Shown here: in pieces, positions 49,734 to 58,089 of the stretch
How the letters are laid out: each line of letters starts with the position of its first letter
Numbering within the stretch: the first letter of the stretch is position 1
DNA from: a virus
DNA: 64,000 bases
Virus record (IMG/VR): IMGVR_UViG_3300023179_008562
Location: 26,678 to 90,677 of that record
Strand: one strand, 5' to 3'
Made by a program: the position numbers and the translations under genes
Notes under the pieces: generated by a model
The model's database searches: none
What the model saw: the letters and a program-made list of their open reading frames with translations, nothing else
What the model was told of the DNA's origin: nothing

Positions 49734-50196
49734 TGTAACAAAGTTTAGCCACGGTGATAAAATGTTCGTAGGCCTCACGAACTGCTGTGTGCTGCATTAA
49801 TTTCATGGCTTCTTCCTGCATGGCCTTTACTCCTTCTTCGGCGACTTCTGCTGTACTGGGCCATTCTAACTGTCGAGCACTATCCCCAAACTCCTTGACC
49901 AGATTATCCCAAGCGGCTTTTTGTGCTGGCGTAAGTTCTCTTGAGCGATCCTTGCTCTGCATACGGATCTCACCAGCGTTTACCAATGCTGTTCTCACTG
50001 CATCTTCTGCTACAACACCAGCCGCAATCATGGCTGCATAGTTGGGATCAATGTTAAACCGTGTGCTACGCCCACTCGGAACACAAACCACCAGATGAGC
50101 ACCTTTGGGAAAACTATCCATGAGTGTCTGATCATATTCAGCCACCGGCTTGTACTGACGACCTACTTTTCGGTAAAAAATAGTTTTTTCACTCAC
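49723..50196 (-). CDS. Hypothetical protein
   Basis: 157-aa ORF with GTG start and GAGG SD. Confidence 0.6.
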   Translation of the reverse strand: MSEKTIFYRKVGRQYKPVAEYDQTLMDSFPKGAHLVVCVPSGRSTRFNIDPNYAAMIAAGVVAEDAVRTALVNAGEIRMQSKDRSRELTPAQKAAWDNLVKEFGDSARQLEWPSTAEVAEEGVKAMQEEAMKLMQHTAVREAYEHFITVAKLCYNAG

Positions 50197-50214
50197 GACA
50201 TGTGCCTCGCTTGT

Positions 50215-50445
50215 CTATTTGAAATATTTCTGCAATTTGGTTTTGACTTCTGTCAGAGCTATTTGCCAGCCCAGATGAGTGTCCATGTTCCATTTAATTT
50301 CACCAAATTCGTTGTTCTCAATATCTTCCAGAGTCTTAACCAGATCGTTCAGCATGAGTCTGCCAAATACTTCGGCAAACTGTTCAGGGCTACGAACAGT
50401 GACTTTTTCAGCAGCAGTTTTAAGTTGAGCCAAGCGTTCGTTCAT
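50215..50445 (-). CDS. Hypothetical protein
   Basis: 76-aa ORF with AGGAG SD. Confidence 0.55.
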   Translation of the reverse strand: MNERLAQLKTAAEKVTVRSPEQFAEVFGRLMLNDLVKTLEDIENNEFGEIKWNMDTHLGWQIALTEVKTKLQKYFK

Positions 50446-50469
50446 TGTCTAGGTCTCCTGTCACGGTGA

Positions 50470-51738
50470 TTACTGCTTCTTGCCCAGTTCATAATAAGTG
50501 GTGATACCAAACGGTGCCTGAATACTGGTGCTGCCGTGAATCACAAACATGGTGTCGCAGTAGTTCTCATCACCCCAACTGCTATTGGGATACCCGTCAG
50601 TGAACATCACAAAGAACTTGGGCTGAATGTCATGCTCCAGCATGTATTCCCAATTGCATTCAAATGTGGTGCCACCACCACCCTGCAGATCGTATTCCAG
50701 AATGTCTTCCAGATTGTCTGGAGTAAACACCTGAGCATTGTAAACCTGTGTATCAAAGCTCCAGAGATGCAGACGGAAGTTCTGAAAACTGTCCATGATG
50801 CCCTTGATTTCGCTGACAATGTCTTTGAGCATTTCGTCAGTCATGCTGCCAGATGCATCGATACTGACACAAATATCGATATCCTGGTCGTAGTTGCTGC
50901 CAGGCATCACTGCTTCAGTGTGCCAGCCTTTTCGGCTGGAACGATTCCAGGTGTAGTCATACTTGATGACACTCTGAACCTGCTGCGGCAGCAGCTCACG
51001 CCAGCTGAGTTGGGGACTGGTCAGATTCTTGATCATGCGGCGCACACCAGCAGGCACATTGCCAGCGCCTGTGGTCTGTGCGGCACTGATCATGGCTTCT
51101 TTGATCTCGTCACGGATCTGCTTGCGTTCTTCGTCAGACAGTCTGGGACGCCCGGAACCCTGACCCTTGCCCTGGCTGTCGCCATCACCTTCGCCATCTT
51201 CACCGTCCAGATGCATGTCCAGGATCATCTTGCCCAGCTCGCCCAGATCAATCTTTTCGGCATTTTCGTAGAGATCGTCGTAGACCTGCTCATAACTCCA
51301 GCCCACATATTTGGTGTTGTATAGTCCCACTGGAATCTTTTCACCAATCTTCTGTTCCAGCAGGTCAGCGTTAACACAATAGTCAGCAGCCACGTTGCTG
51401 AGCATGGGATCACGATCTTCGCGACGCGCCATGTGATCGTAGACCACGTGCAGAACTTCGTGACCAAACAGGAATTCGATCTGCCGCTGCGGCAGGCCAC
51501 CGATAAATTCACTGTTGTAGTAGAAATTACGCCCGTCGGTAGCAGCCGTGCCACACCACTCGTCAGCGTTAATTAATTTTAGGCGAGTGGCCAGATTACC
51601 GAAAAACGGTGCCTTGAGCAACAGTGCAATCCGTGCAGCAACCAGTTTTTCTCGAGCCTGTGCATCAATTCGGGAATCAGTTTTGATACCCACTAGACTC
51701 TTGTGTTCTTTGTTCTGAGTAGTAGTTTTTGTGGACAT
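50470..51738 (-). CDS. Metallopeptidase-like (HExxH) + vWA domain protein
   Basis: TAATDG, HEVLH, MIDAS DASGS, GGGGT and FTDG. Confidence 0.85.
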   Translation of the reverse strand: MSTKTTTQNKEHKSLVGIKTDSRIDAQAREKLVAARIALLLKAPFFGNLATRLKLINADEWCGTAATDGRNFYYNSEFIGGLPQRQIEFLFGHEVLHVVYDHMARREDRDPMLSNVAADYCVNADLLEQKIGEKIPVGLYNTKYVGWSYEQVYDDLYENAEKIDLGELGKMILDMHLDGEDGEGDGDSQGKGQGSGRPRLSDEERKQIRDEIKEAMISAAQTTGAGNVPAGVRRMIKNLTSPQLSWRELLPQQVQSVIKYDYTWNRSSRKGWHTEAVMPGSNYDQDIDICVSIDASGSMTDEMLKDIVSEIKGIMDSFQNFRLHLWSFDTQVYNAQVFTPDNLEDILEYDLQGGGGTTFECNWEYMLEHDIQPKFFVMFTDGYPNSSWGDENYCDTMFVIHGSTSIQAPFGITTYYELGKKQ

Positions 51739-51766
51739 CTAATACTCCTTAAGTGTTAGTCTTCAC

Positions 51767-51795
51767 ATTATACCACAATACTGACCAAAAGTCAA
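51767..51795 (-). promoter_or_regulatory. Sigma70 promoter of the vWA gene
   Basis: TTGACT-17 nt-TATAAT with extended TG, followed by AAGGAG SD. Confidence 0.85.
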
Positions 51796-51825
51796 TATTG
51801 ACGTTCCGCCTAATTGTCCGAGCTA

Positions 51826-52524
51826 TTAATTTATAAAATGTTGATTTTTTAAAGTTTTTCCCTGCGAAAGCAGAACAGTGTTCTTGGGTATGGATTTTAC
51901 TACTGTAACCCCTGGGGCAACAATAACATTGTCTTCTATTGTGGTATTTGATTTTCCTCTTCGACTGATAGTTGTTCCTGGGCCCAAAAAAACATTTTTT
52001 CCGATGTCAACATTTCCCACCGACACTGTGTTAATTAGTGTACAAAAATCCCCAATGTTGACATGGTGCCCGAGGCCGCAATTGTACCCAAAATAATTAA
52101 AATTGCCTATAGTGCAATAGCCCCCAAAATAACTGCCCCACCCGATGTATATATTTTCCCCCAAGGTACAGGTGGGATCTACGAAAGAGTTTGCATGTTG
52201 TATATTAATGAGATTTAAGTTTGCCTGCGTGGCGATTTCTGCTCTACTGTTCCTCAGCAACCAATTATTTTCGTTTTCTACCCTGGTATTTGTGATTCCA
52301 GTGAAAATCGTTGAAACAAACCAATCGTAGTTGTCTTTATCCTGGTAAATTTTGCTCTTGTGGTCTAACAAGTCTAATTCACTTGCAATCACAGGCAATT
52401 GATCAATTGTCTGCCCCACATAAAACTTGTCTAAAAACCCCGCCACTGTCCTGCCTTGTGATTCGGCAGCGGCAATTAATGATCGATTGTCCTGTCTGAC
52501 TCCTATCAAAATTATGGGCTTCAT
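51826..52524 (-). CDS. NeuD/PglD-like hexapeptide-repeat acyltransferase
   Basis: N-terminal IILIG...VAGFLD Rossmann-like part; left-handed beta-helix repeats (LGENIYIG, IGKNVFLG, IEDNVIV). Confidence 0.75.
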   Translation of the reverse strand: MKPIILIGVRQDNRSLIAAAESQGRTVAGFLDKFYVGQTIDQLPVIASELDLLDHKSKIYQDKDNYDWFVSTIFTGITNTRVENENNWLLRNSRAEIATQANLNLINIQHANSFVDPTCTLGENIYIGWGSYFGGYCTIGNFNYFGYNCGLGHHVNIGDFCTLINTVSVGNVDIGKNVFLGPGTTISRRGKSNTTIEDNVIVAPGVTVVKSIPKNTVLLSQGKTLKNQHFIN

Positions 52525-52533
52525 GTGTGATGT

Positions 52534-53343
52534 TTAAAATTTGTAAATTTTGGACTGATTTTTTTCCAACAAAAACTTTTCTATAAAATCACCGGCAGGA
52601 TCAACATCGTTTGGTGCTAATTTTAAATGATATGCACCAGGGTAGGCGTGGTGGTTGTTGTGCATTCCCTGACCCAGACAAAACCAGGAATACCACCTGC
52701 GATTCTGACTGCAATCATCAGTGTCAAAATTTCTATAACTTCCTGAGGTTTTGATGTGCATCAGTGTATTGGTTAGAAAAATTTCCAAATATCCTTTACT
52801 TGCCGGAGCAAGAATTAAAAATAGCAAGGCTTTCCAGGAAATTATCGAACCAACTACAATGATCATCAGCCAGAGATGATAATACCAAACGTCTAAAAAT
52901 TTGTTCAATGGGTCACTTAACAGGTCTCTGACACTTAATTTGATATCTCGATCAATGATGGGTATCAGATCTCGAGTCATCCAAATGAATCCTGACTCGA
53001 TAATTCCCTGATTCTTTGGGCAATGTACATCTTTGTCTTTGTCAGAGTGTCTGTGATGATGGCGGTGCACACAGGCGTAATGTATGGCACTGCCTTGGCC
53101 AGACACAAATGCAGCCAATGACATTAAAATGTGTTTGAATTTGGTGGTCTGAAAACTCCGATGTGTGAGATACCGGTGAAGTGCAATATCAGCACCAAAC
53201 CCGCCACCAACGATGGGGATCATCAACAATGTGCCCAATAACCAATACCACTCCTGATGCATGATTCCATATATCAATGCAAATGGTCCTGAAACATACA
53301 TAATTACCCAGAGTAATCTGAATGCCCATTTCTTCCATGACAT
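52534..53343 (-). CDS. Membrane fatty acid desaturase (Delta9/OLE1-like)
   Basis: His boxes HRYLTH, HRHHH and HNNHH; hydrophobic segments. Confidence 0.88.
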   Translation of the reverse strand: MSWKKWAFRLLWVIMYVSGPFALIYGIMHQEWYWLLGTLLMIPIVGGGFGADIALHRYLTHRSFQTTKFKHILMSLAAFVSGQGSAIHYACVHRHHHRHSDKDKDVHCPKNQGIIESGFIWMTRDLIPIIDRDIKLSVRDLLSDPLNKFLDVWYYHLWLMIIVVGSIISWKALLFLILAPASKGYLEIFLTNTLMHIKTSGSYRNFDTDDCSQNRRWYSWFCLGQGMHNNHHAYPGAYHLKLAPNDVDPAGDFIEKFLLEKNQSKIYKF

Positions 53344-53347
53344 TGAG

Positions 53348-54136
53348 TTACTTCTCCTTGATCATAATGAATTTTTCAATGGTCCAGGCGGTAAAGTCGA
53401 ATTCATCGGGCTTAATAGCTTTGTTGTATCTACCAGGATATTTATGGTGATTGTTGTGTAGCCCATCGCCCATGGTCCAAATCTGTGCCCATCGGTTATT
53501 ATATGCATCCTTGGATTCTGGGAAGTTCTGATATCCCCATTTCCCCCAGGCATGCCCCAGGTAAACCAGGAATAAATTGACGTCAAAATAATTAAACACT
53601 GCACCAAGACAGAATACAAATACCGCTATTTTCCAGTTTATCAGGAATGTCACAGCCAAAAGTGCTGCCCAAAGGTGATAGTAGTATCTAGTGGCATTGT
53701 GACAGATGGGATCACGGAAGCAATCTTTAATAGGAACCCGGTGTCCTGGGTTGTCTTCCCATTGAATGATCCACAATCCCAGAATTGCTCGTAATACCCC
53801 ATCTTTGGGATTGTGTGGGTCTAGATCAGTATCACTGTATTTGTGATGCAGTCTGTGCAAATAGACATAGTGTATGGGGGGACTGATTCCACAGAAAACA
53901 CTAAAAAATGCAATAACATATTCCCAGGGTTTGGATGTCTTAAAACTACGATGTGTATAAAACCTATGTATTCCTATGTTGTGCCCAAACAATTGAGAAA
54001 TCTTAGCCCAGACCGCACCCAATATTATCCACCATACAGATACTTCACCAACAATCACTGAATATAACCCATAAAGAGTTACGATTATGAGTGTGGCCAT
54101 AAACAACACAAAGGGGTTTCGACGGATAAAGTTCAA
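53348..54136 (-). CDS. Membrane fatty acid desaturase (Delta9/OLE1-like)
   Basis: His boxes HRFYTH, HRLHHKYSDT..DPH and HNNHH. Confidence 0.9.
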   Translation of the reverse strand: MNFIRRNPFVLFMATLIIVTLYGLYSVIVGEVSVWWIILGAVWAKISQLFGHNIGIHRFYTHRSFKTSKPWEYVIAFFSVFCGISPPIHYVYLHRLHHKYSDTDLDPHNPKDGVLRAILGLWIIQWEDNPGHRVPIKDCFRDPICHNATRYYYHLWAALLAVTFLINWKIAVFVFCLGAVFNYFDVNLFLVYLGHAWGKWGYQNFPESKDAYNNRWAQIWTMGDGLHNNHHKYPGRYNKAIKPDEFDFTAWTIEKFIMIKEK

Positions 54137-54215
54137 TGAGCTCTCGGGATATTTCTACTGGTATTTATTTGCTGTTTATTTAAGTATCTAAAATTCAGGT
54201 ATAATCCATAGATAA

Positions 54216-54240
54216 AGACAGGCGGCCAGGCCGCCTGTCT
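54216..54240 (-). terminator. Terminator hairpin after the AAA ATPase gene
   Basis: 11-bp perfect stem agacaggcggc/gccgcctgtct, 3-nt loop, short T tract on the - strand. Confidence 0.7.
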
Positions 54241-54263
54241 CGCCTATCGGGTATTATAGCAAA

Positions 54264-55361
54264 TTAGCTCACAGCCGCCACAATATACTTGCCATAACGC
54301 TTGTGGAATTCATCAAACGTCTTGAGCTTGCCCGGAACAAACGGCAGGTTGTACACCGTCAGTGCAGTACGTGCGCCCATGACCGTCAACTCAGTGGTGA
54401 AGTTATCCATCATGAACTGGAAGAAGTTGTCGACCTTGGCGTGCCAGTCGTCGGTCTTGCCCACTTCCTTGTTCTTGGCATGGATGTCCTTGAGCTCATA
54501 GCACATGCTGGTGACCAGACTGTACATGGCACTAACTTCCTTGACCTTGAGTTCTTTGACCTTGCCATTCAGGATGTCGGTGGGGTTGGGCATCTGTGCC
54601 GACACCTTGCGGTGTGCCATGAACTTCACAGCCAGGCCATCGCCCACAGTGCCTGCTACCAGGTCGGTCTCGATGTTGCTGGGCAGGTTGTCTGCCAGCA
54701 GGTCGCTGACAAAAGTCCAGCTGCGCGGAGTAGCGAAGCTGCGGCTGGCACTCTTGGGATCGTGATCAAACAGGTCCTGCTTGGCAAAGCTGATGTAACC
54801 CACCACATCCTTGTGAATGTTGTTCCGGACCGCCCAACGCTGCCAGGAGTCGAAGTCCACACGCATCTCCAGATGTACAAAGCGATTGGCCAGGGGAGCC
54901 GGCTGGCGATACGTAACCCCACGATCGCCTTCACGGTTACCAGCAGCCACAATCACCACATTCTTGGGCATGACATAGCGGCCAATGCGACGGTTCAGCA
55001 CCAACTGATATGCAGCAGCCTGAACGCTGGGCGGGGCCGAGTTCATTTCGTCCAGGAACAGCACCACGATGGGATACTGACTGGCCAGTTCTTCGTCCGG
55101 CAGGTCAATGGGCGGAGCCCAGTCCATGACGCCCTTGTCCTTGTTGTAGAAAGGAATGCCGCGCAGGTCAGTGGGATCCATCTGACCCAATCGCAGGTCA
55201 ATCATTAGGCCGCCCATCTCTTCAGCAATGCCAGCCACCAGCTCGCTCTTGCCAATGCCCGGGGGGCCCCACAGGAACACCGGACGCTGACGCTTAAAAC
55301 ACTGCATCACGCTTTCTCGGGCTTCTTCACTAGTAACGGTACGGGTTTCAGTCAGGCTCAT
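54264..55361 (-). CDS. MoxR-like AAA+ ATPase
   Basis: Walker A GPPGIGKS, Walker B VLFLDE, AAGN, PLANRF and TPRSW. Confidence 0.88.
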   Translation of the reverse strand: MSLTETRTVTSEEARESVMQCFKRQRPVFLWGPPGIGKSELVAGIAEEMGGLMIDLRLGQMDPTDLRGIPFYNKDKGVMDWAPPIDLPDEELASQYPIVVLFLDEMNSAPPSVQAAAYQLVLNRRIGRYVMPKNVVIVAAGNREGDRGVTYRQPAPLANRFVHLEMRVDFDSWQRWAVRNNIHKDVVGYISFAKQDLFDHDPKSASRSFATPRSWTFVSDLLADNLPSNIETDLVAGTVGDGLAVKFMAHRKVSAQMPNPTDILNGKVKELKVKEVSAMYSLVTSMCYELKDIHAKNKEVGKTDDWHAKVDNFFQFMMDNFTTELTVMGARTALTVYNLPFVPGKLKTFDEFHKRYGKYIVAAVS

Positions 55362-55409
55362 GGTGTGGCTCCTTGCACAAGTTGGGTGTAATTAACTACT
55401 ACAGATATA

Positions 55410-55438
55410 AGTATACAGTAACCAATGGTGATTGTCAA
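55410..55438 (-). promoter_or_regulatory. Sigma70 promoter of the AAA gene
   Basis: TTGACA-17 nt-TATACT. Confidence 0.8.
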
Positions 55439-55454
55439 TGCCCGATCAGGCTGC

Positions 55455-55571
55455 TGATGGAATAGTAGACACATCGCATCCAGCGAACCCATCTGCTGGC
55501 TTAGTTATTAGTCGATACAGGACTCCGGAATCCTTCTCTGGGGCGTCAGCGATGTGTCTACTATTCCATCA
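55455..55571. repeat. 23-bp perfect inverted repeat flanking a 71-nt spacer
   Basis: tgatggaatagtagacacatcgc (55455-55477) and gcgatgtgtctactattccatca (55549-55571). Confidence 0.9.
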
Positions 55572-55773
55572 TTTCGCTCAGGATGAACTTGGCAATGTTC
55601 ATCTGCTTGCGGGCGGCTTCTTTGCGATCCATTTCCAGCAGTTCTTGTGCATCACTCAGCACACCCATTGCAACCATTTCAAGTCCGGAGAACTTGGCAG
55701 TGATGCTGTTCATGTATTCTTCGCGGATATCTGCTTCGGACATACCGTAACAGTTCTTTTCCCATTCAGTCAT
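55561..55773 (-). CDS. Small early hypothetical protein
   Basis: MTEWEKNCYG..., with AAGGAG SD and its own promoter. Confidence 0.7.
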   Translation of the reverse strand: MTEWEKNCYGMSEADIREEYMNSITAKFSGLEMVAMGVLSDAQELLEMDRKEAARKQMNIAKFILSEMME

Positions 55774-55803
55774 CGCTGGCTCCTTGTTGTTCACTGTGCC
55801 GCC

Positions 55804-55832
55804 ATTGTACTATCGTTTGTTCAAGTTGTCAA
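55804..55832 (-). promoter_or_regulatory. Sigma70 early promoter (module A)
   Basis: TTGACA-17 nt-TACAAT, followed by ggcggcacagtgaacaacaaggagc. Confidence 0.85.
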
Positions 55833-55846
55833 CTGGAAAAGGACGC

Positions 55847-56053
55847 TCAATAATTGCTCTGATACTCTTCCACAATGTCATCCATGACCACATCTTTCAG
55901 CAACTGTTGAAAGTCGCGACGCCACTTGCGTTCACTGTAGATGGTGGTTTCTTTCCAATGCAGGGCTTCTTCCAATTGCTCGACCTTTTCCTTGAGACTT
56001 TTGATTTGAGTCTCAAGACGTTTAATCTTGCGTTCTTCTGCGGTTTGTGCCAT
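55847..56053 (-). CDS. Small coiled-coil early protein
   Basis: AAGGAG SD; heptad pattern. Confidence 0.65.
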   Translation of the reverse strand: MAQTAEERKIKRLETQIKSLKEKVEQLEEALHWKETTIYSERKWRRDFQQLLKDVVMDDIVEEYQSNY

Positions 56054-56086
56054 CGCTTGCTCCTTGTTACGTTCACTGTATGGCCG

Positions 56087-56287
56087 TCAAGCCCGAACCA
56101 CATCAAAGATGCTTTGTTTCAACCAGCTGACTTCTTCCTGGGACACATAGAAGTCAGTGCAGGGGTCCCAGTATTCCCCAGCTTGAGCATCGTAGTAAAG
56201 AACTCGACCATTGGGGTAATTGAAAGGACCTTCCAGACCCTGACGCGGGCCGTATTGGGGATTGTGTTGGAAAACAGTGTAGGCCAC
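56087..56287 (-). CDS. Small early hypothetical protein (GLEGPF...GRVLYYD)
   Basis: GTG start after TAAGGAG. Confidence 0.65.
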   Translation of the reverse strand: MAYTVFQHNPQYGPRQGLEGPFNYPNGRVLYYDAQAGEYWDPCTDFYVSQEEVSWLKQSIFDVVRA

Positions 56288-56297
56288 GGCGGTCTCC

Positions 56298-56387
56298 TTA
56301 GTGAAAAAACTTGCCCAGGACAATGTACATGTCGTGCAGAGTATAACCAACCACAGCACAGACTACAAAGAAAGTAATGTTGTTCAC
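56298..56387 (-). CDS. 29-aa hydrophobic peptide (absent from the ORF track)
   Basis: MNNITFFVVCAVVGYTLHDMYIVLGKFFH; GAGGAG SD directly after promoter module C. Confidence 0.55.
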   Translation of the reverse strand: MNNITFFVVCAVVGYTLHDMYIVLGKFFH

Positions 56388-56419
56388 GGCGGGCTCCTCG
56401 TTGCGTTCACTGTACCGCC

Positions 56420-56448
56420 ATTATACGATCTTAGGCAGTGGTTGTCAA
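56420..56448 (-). promoter_or_regulatory. Sigma70 early promoter (module C)
   Basis: TTGACA-17 nt-TATAAT, followed by ggcggtacagtgaacgcaacgaggagc. Confidence 0.9.
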
Positions 56449-56452
56449 GTAA

Positions 56453-56605
56453 TTAGACAGCAAAAAAGTCAGCTCGTCCTCCTGGGCCACCCAGGTGTGC
56501 ATAGTCCTGATAAATCTCGTGCATGAAAGTTCCGGAAACTGAAGTATACTCTTTGCGGAACACTTCTTGGTTCTGGGCATTGTAAACCACTAGTACATAA
56601 TCCAT
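56453..56605 (-). CDS. 50-aa early protein (absent from the ORF track)
   Basis: MDYVLVVYNAQNQEVFRKEY..., with AAGGAG SD after module D. Confidence 0.65.
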   Translation of the reverse strand: MDYVLVVYNAQNQEVFRKEYTSVSGTFMHEIYQDYAHLGGPGGRADFFAV

Positions 56606-56636
56606 CTTGTGCTCCTTGTTTGTTTACTGTATTGTC

Positions 56637-56665
56637 ATTATGCCATCTTTTGGTCGAGTTGTCAA
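56637..56665 (-). promoter_or_regulatory. Sigma70 early promoter (module D)
   Basis: TTGACA-17 nt-CATAAT, followed by gacaatacagtaaacaaacaaggagc. Confidence 0.8.
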
Positions 56666-56667
56666 GC

Positions 56668-56859
56668 TCAGAATGCAAACTCTCGCACCCACTCAAATCG
56701 AGTGGTGGCAGGAATCCACTGGAAGTTCATCTGCCGGCAAGGGTCCTGACCAACCTCGGTGGTGATCAGGATCCACCCCTGCTCTTGAGAGAACTCCACG
56801 CGATCTCTCACCGCGTGGATCTCCACCAATCGGTCATTCAATTTGGCCAGTGTTCTCAT
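56668..56859 (-). CDS. Small hypothetical protein
   Basis: 63-aa ORF filling the gap; no clear SD. Confidence 0.5.
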   Translation of the reverse strand: MRTLAKLNDRLVEIHAVRDRVEFSQEQGWILITTEVGQDPCRQMNFQWIPATTRFEWVREFAF

Positions 56860-56920
56860 GTGTTGTTTTAGTATTGTCAGACGCTGTTCTATGATCTTCG
56901 ATTATTGCCGCCAACCAAAA

Positions 56921-57460
56921 TTATCTGGTAATACGATAAAATTTACGGCCGGGAGTTTTGCTGTCACCATTAACCAGAGTTTTGTAAGCATGGCAACAAC
57001 TGCATAGAGTTTGAAAATTTTCTACATTGTTATTGTTTGGGTTTCCATCAATGTGGTCCACATCCAACCATCCATCAAAAACCTTGCCATTGGGCAGAGT
57101 TTTGGGTATAGTTGTGGTACAGACGAACCCCAACCGACCATCTACGTTTTCGCAATAGGGCTTTCGATATTTGCGACTAGGATGACTCCTATTTCTGTAT
57201 TGGGTTTCACTAATGCCCAGACGGCTAGCAGTGATTTGAGCAATTCTTTCGTAACCGTATTTGGATGCAGTTCGTTGGCTGTGGTGAGCATCGCAAACGT
57301 GGCGATACCTTGGTCGACCATCCACACAGGTTTGCTGGATTGCCCGAGGCCTATTGCAACCAGAAACACCGCATCTGGGGCGGGCATCCTTGTGGGGTAT
57401 CATTGGATTGACACCATATCGGGTAGTTTTCAAATAATCCGGTTTTGTTGCTTTTGTCAT
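56921..57460 (-). CDS. HNH endonuclease with Cys motifs
   Basis: LDVDHIDGNPNNN...NFQTLCSCCHAYKT; AAGGAG SD before MTKATK. Confidence 0.8.
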   Translation of the reverse strand: MTKATKPDYLKTTRYGVNPMIPHKDARPRCGVSGCNRPRAIQQTCVDGRPRYRHVCDAHHSQRTASKYGYERIAQITASRLGISETQYRNRSHPSRKYRKPYCENVDGRLGFVCTTTIPKTLPNGKVFDGWLDVDHIDGNPNNNNVENFQTLCSCCHAYKTLVNGDSKTPGRKFYRITR

Positions 57461-57536
57461 GGAAGTGCTCCTTGATTGTTGCAGAGTCAATGGCGGATGG
57501 ATTTGCTGAATTTTTTAGTTGCGCTAATATTCTGTA

Positions 57537-57565
57537 ATTATAAAATCATTGTTTAGATGTGTCAA
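57537..57565 (-). promoter_or_regulatory. Sigma70 promoter of the HNH gene
   Basis: TTGACA-17 nt-TATAAT. Confidence 0.85.
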
Positions 57566-57676
57566 CTAGATTTTTCCCTGAGATTTCAGATGGTGCAGAT
57601 ACCAGACCACTGCTCCACCAAATGCTGCTCCCAGAGTAAAACTTTCTGCATAACAGAGTACGTATTCAATAAACAT
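57566..57676 (-). CDS. 36-aa membrane peptide (absent from the ORF track)
   Basis: MFIEYVLCYAESFTLGAAFGGAVVWYLHHLKSQGKI; AAGGAG SD. Confidence 0.6.
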   Translation of the reverse strand: MFIEYVLCYAESFTLGAAFGGAVVWYLHHLKSQGKI

Positions 57677-57694
57677 CTGATTCTCCTTGATCGG

Positions 57695-58087
57695 TTAACT
57701 GCTTAAATTATCCAGATACTGCTGTAGATTGTTGCCGTGCAGGGCCAGCATCATGACTTCAGTTTCTCCAAATAGCACAATTGATCTGCCTGAAACAATA
57801 TAATACGGCCCAGTAAAATGTCGTTCCAATTGTAGCAGAGTTTTTGGTAATATCGTCTGATCCAAGTTGAATTTGTAAGATTTTATATCTGGAGATTTTC
57901 TTATGACATTATATGCCACCGCAGTGAGTCTGAGGCTCTGGGGGTTTAGTGGGTTATACCACCAGTTTTCGGGTCGGTCCAGTCTCTGATACGATAGCGT
58001 TTTTTGGTCAGATACGAAAGGATTCAGATGATATTCCTGAAATCGTGCTTGCCAAATGTTCTGAGGACAACTGGCATCACGTGACAT
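57695..58087 (-). CDS. Hypothetical protein
   Basis: 130-aa ORF within the operon. Confidence 0.6.
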   Translation of the reverse strand: MSRDASCPQNIWQARFQEYHLNPFVSDQKTLSYQRLDRPENWWYNPLNPQSLRLTAVAYNVIRKSPDIKSYKFNLDQTILPKTLLQLERHFTGPYYIVSGRSIVLFGETEVMMLALHGNNLQQYLDNLSS

Positions 58088-58089
58088 GG

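Noticed and set aside
50197-50217. Readthrough fusion of ORF 50445 into ORF 50196 across a TAG
   Set aside because: Being in frame has a one-in-three chance, and the downstream gene has its own GAGG SD.
54303-55208. 301-aa + strand ORF, and similar antisense ORFs at 50536-51324, 62912-63562 and 26433-27038
   Set aside because: They lie opposite well-supported genes, have no motifs, and are expected shadows of codon bias.
55455-55571. tRNA, retron msr-msd or self-cleaving ribozyme
   Set aside because: No T-loop or CCA end, no reverse transcriptase in the window, and no hammerhead, pistol or twister core recognised. Kept only as an unexplained structure.
55774-56666. CRISPR array
   Set aside because: The repeats are degenerate, irregularly spaced about 200-350 bp apart, and explained by promoter/SD elements. 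No cas genes are seen.
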